DNA of 64,000 bases from assembly GCF_000150275.1 (NCBI RefSeq), contig NW_002060945.1:3433172-3497171 (forward strand), given 5' to 3'. The stretch comes from Trichoplax adhaerens. Its lineage: Eukaryota > Animalia > Placozoa. The notes under the pieces were generated by a model, which was given only the letters and a program-made list of their open reading frames with translations, was not told the origin of the DNA and made no database searches. The translations under genes and the position numbers were made by a program. Of this stretch, positions 53,096-64,000 are shown piece by piece. The stretch's first letter is position 1, and every line of letters begins with the position of its first letter.

Positions 53096-56000
53096 TTAAT
53101 TAGGATCTTTGTTTCTTTCCATTGACTTAATATTCCCAGCTCGGAAATTAGGAACGGTATCTATATTCTAAAGTAAGTTGATCTATTAAAAGCAAGTTAA
53201 AGTAATTTTACTGTAACAAGCTAGTAAAAGAAACAAATGAGATTTTACCTCCTTAGGTCTAATCCACTCTATCAATGCTAATATTAAGCAATTTATTAAA
53301 GCTACATAACAAAAAATTAATCCAGCGACTGGGCCGCGGGCCAAGTATCTAAGAAAGCCAATTTCATACAAGAAAGCATTTAGCGATTGATGATTGGCCT
53401 AAACATAGCTACAATAAATTTCAGTCACCTTTCCATTCTTTGATAAATGTCAGAATGTGGCATATCAAAGGCTAACTTGTATACCTAGTGAATATCAAAA
53501 CTTAATCATTACTACTACTCTATTTATAATGATCAATTCTAATACAATAACTTTTTAATGCCTTACTCTTTCCGTTCTCTTTGCAATGTTTCTCCAATTG
53601 TACATATTTTTAACGCGATCATGACATTCGTGAGGCGACAACGTTATACCGTTATTCTTATCATCGATTGCCTTTCCAATCATATTTACAAGTGCTTCAC
53701 CAATACATTTAAAACAGACGTAGCACATTGAATTAGTCGCTTAATTTTGCAGGTATATTAAGAAGTAATATGTATCACAAGGTATGATAGTTACATTCAA
53801 CTCTTGGCTCAGCTAAGTAAATCATGTCGTCAGGCAACACTTCTGGCAAACCCCCAACATTAGTGCTAACAATTTGTAGCCTTTACATACAAGTACAGCG
53901 TACGTCTTTTATTGCATTTAGTTTAATATATACAGTTATAGGTTTTACATTGCTTAATAGCTAAACCTACCCACAACTAGCGGCTTCGATAATAGCAATA
54001 CAGAATGCTTCCGTAAGTGATGTGTTAAGGAAAATATCACCTTGGATTAGAACCTGTTATTACGTAAGACGAAAATTGCAGAATAGACTTAAGAGCAATT
54101 TTATGAAGCAACATACTGTAAATGGTTTGAAGCTTTCAATAGACAACTACTAAATTTTACGTACATCTCTAACATCTTCATGATTGACAGGTCCAAGAAG
54201 GCGGACTTGATCATATAACTTGTATGCTTCACAGATTTCCTCTAGTAAAACTTTCTTCGGGCCATCACCACCTAATAATTATTATAGTAATAGTCTTTAC
54301 GAAGAAACAGCATCACTTTCACTTGAAATCAAGATATTACTGCTAATTAAACTTACCTATGATGAAATAGATGTCGGAGTATTGTCTACAGATTTTGATA
54401 AGTATTTTAGCTAATAAGTCTATACCTTTACGATATACCAGTCTTGACATGACAATAATAGTAACTGTATAAAAACGTAATTATAAAGGAGTCAATCGAT
54501 TTATTATAGCTAGAATTGGCATCGAATTATAATGTTGTAAGTAGCACTGTACAAAAGAGAGTAAATACTGTCAATATTTAATATGCTCAGCAGACTTTTA
54601 TCTTTTTGTTTTTTTGACGGATCAGGTTTAAACGAGGACGCATCGACTGCATTTGGTATCACAGATACCATTTCTGGTCTGATTTTTGCTCTTAATACTG
54701 TATTTTCTCTACTGCAATCATAAGTTGATTCATTAGCTGTTACGTTAGCAGATAAACTAAGTATCAAAATTGAAGAAATATATACGTATGTAAAATACCT
54801 GGTGTGGGATACACAAATAATGTGATTAATATTAGTTAAAGTAAATTCTAAGAATTTATTCGTTACAATTGCACCAAGATTAGCAAATCCGAACAAGGAG
54901 TGTTCTGTAAAAACAGTTTTAATACCCAGGGTATTTGCATGGAGGATAGCATCATTACACAATGCAGAACAAGTCTAGTATCATAAACGATATAAGTAAT
55001 TCAGATGACTCTGTATCATACATTAAAATGGCCACAAAATAAAAATAATACTGTACTTTAATTAGAGTAGGTATATTTTGTGCTAAAACTTGTTTTAATG
55101 TAGCAACTTACACCGTGACCATGGACAAGAGTGATTTGCTCTCTTATGAAAATACAACGTAATATAGGTAAAGTAGTAAATATTGTTGGCATAGTAGATT
55201 GTAGCCAAAACACTTTCATAGGCAGGTAATATACCTATAGTAAGGAGTGAAGCTAGCGTTAAATTACGTATAATATAGCTATCAAAGATTCATATACACG
55301 TACGTAAATATCTAATATCGTGCAAATTAGCAATAACACATTATATTCAGATTACGCGTATATAGAAGGCGTACGCTTTAACGTAAAATGCTACTTGGTA
55401 TACTACTAGAAAGGTTGAGCAGTAACTGTGAGAACATCGTGTTTAATATGCATTCGTTACACTACATTATTTTAGGCGCTAAATGCGAACTATTGCTGTT
55501 AATGTACTTTGTTTTCTTGCGGTATTATATTATTCACATATCTAGATCAGCAATAAATATTAGAAAAGAGAGCTACAGGTCTAAAAAAGATCACGTCTAC
55601 TTTAAGTAATAAATGTAGTGAGTATAGTCTTAGAAAAGTGATAAACTCTATTTTTATGCAGATATTGGTTGTTTTAAAGTAGGATATGTAGTGGAGTATC
55701 AATTCTGCATATCAACCTTCACAGAATTTATTACGAATCAAGCAATATTCGGTATGTGGGCTAAACTGACTCTGTCCTTCCTTACTTTGAGAAAATTCGT
55801 CATATGTCTGATTCCAGTCCTATTACCATAAGAATGTGTTACGACTACAACCTATTAAGAAAATTGATACCAAATCATTACATACATTAGAGTAATACGT
55901 AATTAATTGAATAAATACGCCTAAAATATCGTTATACTAGTACACTTTATTGCAATAAACAGGCGTCAATTTTACATTTCACCTATTAACACAGGGATAA

Positions 56001-57461
56001 TATAAGAATAAGTATACGTATATATCCATGCATCAATAGGATAGCCCAATTATACGATAGATTTTATTTCCGTATGATAACTCCACCTGTACAACAGCTA
56101 CGTTCCTACATGGTTAAAAATATGCATTATATTGGCAAGTAGTTGCAATAGCTATTACCTTATGGCCTCTTTCGATCAGACATTGAGATAGTTGAAAGAT
56201 ATGGTTTTCTACTCCTCCAATGTTTGGGTAAAAAAAATCGCAGACCATACTGAATAGAAATGGATAGTATTAGACAAAGACGCAGAATGAAATTTATAGC
56301 GCCTATAGCTGGTATAATTTGTTTACAGTTAGTTCGTTATTCAATTCCGTTCTTTGCTCCATTGAGTAGAGTAGAAACTGTTTCAAATTTTCGTAGGATA
56401 ATATACGTGTACTACTATTAAAATTGAAATGAGCGATTGTAATAAGTATAGCAAGCGTTGCATACACCTTAATTTTTATGTAGGCTAGCTCATAAACACC
56501 TCAAACCGAGCATTTGTGAAATGATTAAATCGTTCGGAAAGATAAGTATAGCACGCACATAAATCTCTACTTTGATATCCTTAATTAGAGTAGTAAAATG
56601 GTACTATGTGTACTTTAAGGACACTACTGAACTGACTGAAAGTCAAAGCAAGGAACATTATCAGCCTGCAGCGATGGGCCATTTCAATTTAATGCATACG
56701 CTAAATTCAAATTGGAATTTGTTCAATGAATATCTGCAGTTTACATGCGATTTCAATCTGTTCATTAATCTGTGGAAGAATAATTGTAATTGAAAATACT
56801 AGTGTTAGGAGCTTGCATAATACGAATAGATCTAAGTACATTGCGTGTCCTCGACGAAATGACTATTCTATGCTTCGACATCAGCATGATGAATATGCCG
56901 GATAGAAGGTGATTCCAGTTAGACCGCTACTGCACGCCCTCGAGACAATAATTGCCATGGGATGGCAAAAAAATGCTATAGTATTTTCTGTCGTGTGCAT
57001 GAGGTATTTTAAGCGTAAGAGTTTAACAAGTATGCAATTTTAGTATCAATCAAACAGATGGAGAATTGAATATTAGATTAAATGAGTATGCATCATGATC
57101 CACAGTACAAGAGTCCATGCATAACATAACATTGCCATGGATGATGTCGTCACTTCCGACTACTTTGATCTGTCAGTATGTACTGTACTAAGTGTACTTG
57201 TATGTTGAGAGCGTAAAGTAGACAGAGGATGAAAAACTTGCAGGATCGTATTGTCAGGGTATTTATGATAAGCAATAGTTTAAATAAATGTCAGATCACT
57301 TTGGATCTACAGGAATTGAGTATAGCAACAAAGTTGTTATGGACAACATAGTGTATTCTACTTCTGCCTCTCTACCTAGTACCTATAGAGGCGGTAAAAT
57401 TTCAGGATTGTAAATATTGTAGCAAAACTCACCAAATATTATGATATTTTCCAGAGAGCAT
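53096..57461 (-). CDS. PIGA: Phosphatidylinositol N-acetylglucosaminyltransferase subunit A, about 14 exons
   Basis: [10 protein letters not shown]|[66 protein letters not shown] and [21 protein letters not shown]. Confidence 0.96.
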
Positions 57462-58570
57462 GTTGCATATCATAACAGCTTTGATGTGAGGACTAAACTA
57501 CTATTTTCTTGCTTTGTGGTTATTGCTATGGTTGCAAACTAGCAATTACAGTCGCTTTGCAATGGCGCAAGCTGTACTACAGCAAAGGATTCTCCTTCGT
57601 TTGGCTCGCTGTTTGAACCATGATAAACTCCATTGAATCCTGCAATCAATGATTGAAATTTTGTAAATATTGAGGCCCAAAATAGCGGTAATTTTTCCCT
57701 GTCTCTAGTTCCAATTCATAACTCCTTGCTAGGAATAGTATTATTGATGTTTGGTAAGCACTCAGTTAGTTACAGGTTGGAACTTGCTTGTAGTTAAGTT
57801 TACAGCTAGCCATGTTGGCGATGAATGAAGTTTCACCAGGGTCCTTTGCCTTTCCACATAGTCCGTCCATCCACAAGTCTATATTACAATTCGAGCAGAA
57901 CCAGGAAGAGTTCTACAGTGTACAGTACTGTATGTAGTGTACTCATTACTGTAGACTGTAGACTGTACACTGCTGGATCCCTCGGACAGATGGACTTTCC
58001 TGACCAAAGGAAAACCGTCAATATCGAAAAATGCCTAGTTAGTATGGATCTTTCGTGTCTATTTTCTAAATCTCTGGTACTCATTGAAACACCATTGATG
58101 ATCTTATATAACTATTTTTCAAGCAGAACTTAGTGACGGATGATAAGATTCAACGAAATATTACTTAATTTAGAAAAAATCAGTCAATGTAAAAACGACC
58201 ATTTGCATACTAAAGTACTGTCATCACCCAGTGTTTGAAACACGATGTTAACGCGATGATGCGGTAAACGTCCGTCCGTCCATGTTGTGATCTATCCATT
58301 CTAGTCATAGTATGAGGAAGAAGAATCTCTTACCTCTATGATTCTACTAGTCCTTGATGTTATGTTTGATACTTTCTACTCGAAGCTGCCTCTTGGTAGC
58401 AGTAATGATAGAAGGTCAAGAAAGTACCGGTACGGTTCGGAACTAGTTGGTCACACTTTCAAAGTTTAAAGCAAGGGAGAGCTGCTAGTAGAGAGCGAGA
58501 TCAATCCTAATTGCATCCATTTCTATTGCTGCAATTAAGTAAGTATTCGGCGATTTTTGGATATCAAGGC

Positions 58571-61500
58571 ATGGCTGGTTCTGCCTTAAAGCGCCTGATG
58601 GCGGAATATAAACGTAAGCTGGTCACACGCCATTAATAAGATCGTTTCAATGCTTGACTTGACTACCGTAATTGCATAGGTAGCACGCGTTTAGGATGCC
58701 AGTACGTTGAACTAGTAGTACAGTATCGTCGACTGCAGCTTCATCATTCAAGCTTAAGCCATACTAAACCACTAAGCATCCATGCTATCGTCCATGGCGA
58801 TTCTGTCATCAATCCTGGCCTGGATCGACGACAAACTACTGTAGCTATCGATTCATATTCATTGACAAGTTTATTAGCCTTGCTTTTATATCGATTTATT
58901 CTACGGTAGAGAGAGAGAGAGAGTGATCAAATCATGTCATGCTTGTACTCGTCGACAAGTTGAACATTCACTCTCTTTGCCCAGTCAATCCATTTATAGA
59001 AAGCTGAGAAAAATGAATCCTTGACAACCAAACTAGCCTCGAATTGTAGCCGTTTTAAATAGAATCATCACCTAGAATAACGTTATAACTCTACTTATGG
59101 ATAGCTTGACAAGGGATACATTCATCTTGCATGACTGTAGTCACTGAACGAATCTAGAAGCATAAGAGAATTCAGCTATAGGAAGCTTTAAAGGATATCC
59201 TTTCGAGGTGCACTTGAATATCAACAGTCAATTGGAGAGCCTTTAAGAAAATGTAGCAAATGAATCATAAACTACTGCAAAATGACCAATTTCATCTATT
59301 TTAAATACAGAGATGGTACACAAAGCTTTCATCATTCTCCTTGTCTATATCTTGCCATCACAACATTCATATGCAACAGTTAATGGAGCAGATTGATATG
59401 AAAACATAACGAGTCCTTGGTATGCTTTTCGTATCATCCATTTTACAGTCATCCCATTGCTCTCTCTGCATGCACTCGTAGGTACCTTACAATTGCGGCA
59501 TTCCTACCTGTTCAACATAGTCCTTTCAGTAGATCTATACGTATAACAAAACGAAATGAGTCTGAGTAGGCTTTAAATTTTGAACTACTCTAGATACAGT
59601 GATAGAATAGAAAACCTGGATGATTGTACCCACCTACACCTTACTACAATCGCAATATTCATATAAACTATTTCATGGTGCGTAAGCTCCTAGTCTCATC
59701 TGTTCTACTGATAGCAATCGCATAGCAGGTCTTAATGACTTTACTCGTATAGGGATGACATTTTTATTCAATAGTTCTTCAGTAGGCTTGTATGTATAAC
59801 GAAATGAAGGAGTCGAAATATGCTACAGATTTTATCTACTCTAGATAAAGTGATAGTATAGAAAGACTTGATTGTACTGGCGTGTAACTTATTACAATCA
59901 TAATATTCATACTTTAACACTTCATACCAAGTAAACTTCTAGCCTCATCTACCCCACAGATAGTGATCACATAAAAGGTCTTGATGACTTTATTCGTATA
60001 GACCCTGTAATCATTACATTGAGATTGATTGATTCATTATGCAGGTTTGTACGCATAGCACAATGAGTCCTAATAAGCGCATTTATTCAGCAGTTGATAG
60101 TAGTAAGCTTCAAATTTCATCCATTCTCATTGCCACGACGTAAAAGGATTGCAATAGATACATTCATATAGATATGCACATCACCAAGAATCATTTCTTG
60201 ATTCTACTTGTACAGTATAAAGCTCATAATAATATCCTGATGTTCTTTGAGGAAGTAGATATGAGCAATTGACGTCAGGCAATAATTTAAAATCAATAGG
60301 ATACTAAACACCCAAGGTCATCATTGTTAAACTTACTCCTCTAGCAACTGTTATTTCTTGTCCATCTTTAACTTATAACAAAATATAAATTGATTTCACA
60401 TATTGTATGTAGAATGAGCATTCTCTGGTAAATCGCCTGACGACTTGCTACAAATTGGATAGATGTGTACGTTAAAGAAGGGTCATTGGATTGAGTTGAT
60501 TTGATACGTTTGGATCTTGGATCGATCATTATAAGCGACTACCTAGGTTACTCTTCTGAATAACCTAATAGTAAATTGAAGAAAAATTTTATCTGTTTTA
60601 CTACATTAATAAAATTAGAAATCAATTTAAACCAGGTAATTTAATTCTCACGCAGTACAAGTACCTGCCCAATCAAATGTCGTACAACCTCAACAAAAAT
60701 ACCAATATACAGTAGCTTGTACGGTATCCATGACCAAAATGTGTAAAAATTACCTCAATTTTAAATCCTTTTATCATTCATTTGTTACAAAATGTCAAAT
60801 GTAAATTTAAAAATATTTAGCTCAATATCTACGTCTTAACATACTAAATGAATTTGTGTCCAATTGAATATTAATCATCATATGACATGTCGAAATTTTA
60901 CTCCAGTTAAAATGATACACAATAATGATTGTCTCTATCCAATATACTATAGAATTAACACTGAATCCTCCAGAAGGAATTGTAGCAGGTAAACAGTATG
61001 AACATGACATTAATATATATCGATAAAATAGATATTTAAATTGCGATCATTTACTATTGCACATTCTTTAGTGTAACGGTAGAATATAGTATACGTTTCT
61101 TTAACAAAACTGTTTGCATACTGTATTAGTATAGTGACATTCCTAGATTTCAAGGTATGCATATAACCATATAAATTATATCACCATCCAGGTCCTCTAG
61201 ATGAAGAGAATTTCTTTGAATGGGAAGCACTAATATGGTCAGTAGGAAACTGTTACCAAGTATTACTACAAATTAGTAAAAATAATAACAATGCGCGTAC
61301 TAGACAAACTGCAGTTGTATAGTCGATGTAAAGCAATTTTTTCAATGCATATCAATAGAGTAAAATCAATGTTTTTATGCCAATTTATCTTAATCTATAA
61401 TATATAGTGGGCCTGAAGGCACTCCATTTGAAGGTGGCGTCTTCCGTACGCAATTAATTTTCCCCTCAGATTACCCTCTAAGTCCTCCTAAAATGCGTTT

Positions 61501-62344
61501 TCTGTGCGAAATTTTTCATCCAAATAGTAAGAGAATAAATAACACAATCAATACTGTTCAATTTTTCTTGATCAAACCGCTTGCTATTGGACGGTTATGA
61601 GAGGTGTTGTAAAAATGATGTCTATACAGCTACTACAATACTTGCATAACCGAATATTGTAATCCTATATTTCACTCATTTTAGGTTACAGTCAAAATAT
61701 CATACGCGATACAGATTAATGTCAGACAATGTTTTCGTTACTAATTTTAATAATATCCCTTGACAATGCATTAACAGTTTATCCAGACGGCCGTGTTTGC
61801 ATATCAATTCTACATGCTCCTGGAGATGACCCATTGGGCTATGAAAGTAGTGCGGAAAGGTGGAGTCCTGTCCAATCCGTAGAGAAAATTTTATTATCTG
61901 TTGTTAGTATGTTGGCTGGTAAGCTTGAACTCGATTATAGCAGAAAATCATTATCTTTTACGATGTTATCAATTCAAGTTCAGTATTGCCACTATTTTAC
62001 CGAAATGCCTTATACTGTACGTACAGTATATCCTGCGTTTTGTACCTTATCTTATTATTTATCTAATTTATCATTTAGAGCCAAACGATGAAAGTGGAGC
62101 TAATGTGGATGCTTCAGTAAGTTTTAATACTACTATTATTATAACATCTAGAACTGTATTTGTACTGTATCGTAAGCTATATAGATTAAAGTGTTAGATC
62201 TGGTTTTTAGTTGACATGCAATAGCAACGAATGATTAATTAATCTATCTAAATTCTAATTAATTACCAGAAAATGTGGCGCGAAGATCGTGAAGAATTCA
62301 ATCGAGTTGCGAAGGATTGTGTACGAAAATCACTAGGACTGTGA
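58571..62344 (+). CDS. UBE2G2: Ubiquitin-conjugating enzyme E2 G2 (Ubc7), 7 exons
   Basis: [102 protein letters not shown] and VRKSLGL*. Confidence 0.97.
59515..60002. repeat. Diverged two-copy tandem duplication (unit about 250 bp) in UBE2G2 intron 1
   Basis: CTACTCTAGATA.AGTGATAG.ATAGAAA at ~59585 and ~59836; AGGTCTT.ATGACTTTA.TCGTATAG at ~59727 and ~59976. Confidence 0.8.
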
Positions 62345-64000
62345 TAGTACAGTGAAATTGCAATGAGCGCGTAGTCGCTATTTATAATGCGGTTGTTACG
62401 AATTAAAGATTGCATAGATAAAATTCAATGAAGGAATATAAACTTATAATACCGTACAGTGTACGTATTATCACTATTATCATAATGAATAGCTTTGAGA
62501 TTATGACCTTATGTCCTCACTTTTAAGATTACAAAAAATTTCTACACATCGATGTGAGAACGATCGTCAGGGTATCAAATTGTGATTTATGCAGAAGAAT
62601 CTGCCATATTACGTTTTTGATCTGGTCTTGCTAGATCTACCAATTGGCTATTGAGTTGTACTTAGATTTAGAAATTAGAATAATAATACAGTGTGTAGCT
62701 ACAGTTTTAGGTTTAGTATAAATTTGCTGCAAATATAGTGGTAGGTTTAGCTTTCTGATGATTCCATCTTGGTTCATTAGATTGTATCAGGGATTTAAAA
62801 TGTAAATATCTGGTTGCAGGACGACCTTTGTTTAACGATACAAATGTCTTATTCTCCATCGGAAAATTGATTTATTAAAATTTTAGAATAATTGAAATGT
62901 CGACTTTTTCTCAACCCTTTGATGTGACACAGAATTGTCAGTATTATTAGCTACAGAGACTTACAGTACTACTCATCGAGAGATTTGCAATATGAACAAA
63001 ATCCTGTTGATAGTCTTACATCTGCTTCTATAAGTTCTTTAGTTGTAGCGTACTAACTTTACACTGCTATAACTTGGTGCTATGTAAAATATTCATAGTT
63101 TTATAATTCATCATATTAACTCGACTAATTGCTCAACATTCTATCAAAAGAAAGTCCTATTGCAAACAAATGGAATAGAAGAGAATCAAGTAGAAAACTA
63201 CTTTCTTATAAATTCCGATAACATAATGGCTTAAGATTTATTCAATGCTTGATTACATAATTTATATTATCCACGATTATTACAGGATTTAGTAGTAATA
63301 AGCACATTGTTCTTGTTATATTAATAATTATGAAACCGCAGACATAATTAGCCGCATGCTAAAGTTATAAATAATGTTCCATCAATGATTTTCAAGACAA
63401 TTTTCAGCCAATACGATACACGCATGATAGCTACTACGTAATAATTCGAGAATGTTATGACAGCATAATATACAAAAGGAATATCTACGGGATTCTTCGC
63501 AAAATTGCATATTAAGTTAGTGATACGACTGTCAATAATATAAATCACATGCTTGAATATGAACATCTAACTAATAGTCTACATCGGCTAAATCTTGCTT
63601 GATGGATTCAAAGACGTGTATAGTCTTTGAAAGCCATTTTTTAACTGATTTCAATTCCAGTTATCGGTAAATTGTACCTTTTACTTCGACAGAAATTAAT
63701 ATCTGATCAATATCTTTGGTAAAAGCAATAGCGCATGTATAGTATTAGCCTATCTTAGTAAACCGTCTATTCGTTAGAAATATACGAGCCTATTCTATAC
63801 ACTACTACTACAAACGAATGCTTCGTCATCTATCTTGCCATTCCATCGGGTTATGGTAAAATAATCGTTTGTATTTTGATAGTAAAAGCAATTTTTAGCC
63901 TTTAATTTTCTTCAACAAATTTTAAGCTTTCCTCGCTTAAGTACTCTTTAAGTAATCCGATAGTATAGTCCCATAATTTTTGCTGTTGTCCTGTGTTTCT

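Noticed and set aside
58425-58445. GTACGGTTCGG resembling group II intron domain V
   Set aside because: The 5' arm (GAGCCG…GAAA) is missing; chance match in a promoter region.
62540-64000. Coding-like minus-strand fragments at the window end, including ORF 63348..63566
   Set aside because: Frequent stops, no recognisable domain and no consistent splice pattern; may be a remnant but cannot be supported.

Overview
AT-rich, gene-dense eukaryotic DNA with short introns, from an early-branching animal. Gene content, compactness and composition suggest a placozoan such as Trichoplax (inference, not verified). Gene order: three tandem intronless clan-3-like cytochrome P450 genes (+; the first is cut by the window start), NGLY1 (-), an OSBPL3/6/7-type oxysterol-binding protein (+), SLX9/FAM207A (-), Beclin-1 (-), TMEM41A (+), a divergent TBP-family gene (+), PIGA (-) and UBE2G2 (+). 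The most striking feature is a bacterial island of about 1.3 kb between Beclin-1 and TMEM41A. It holds an intact, intronless, Rickettsia-like diaminopimelate epimerase (dapF) with both catalytic cysteines. Directly after it come a decayed 5' stub of its natural bacterial neighbour mtaB and, fused in frame to that stub, a decayed internal fragment of atpA. An intact dapF beside eroded neighbours looks like an old endosymbiont-to-animal transfer in which only dapF was retained. It lies head-to-head with Beclin-1, behind a fourfold tandem amplification of GTACA-rich sequence upstream of that gene. Smaller signals: two ERR-type nuclear-receptor elements upstream of the third P450, gene-conversion mosaics among the P450s, a GC-AG intron, a U12-like branch site, several tandem repeats and decayed gene remnants. 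Exon boundaries were read by eye and may be off by a few bases.
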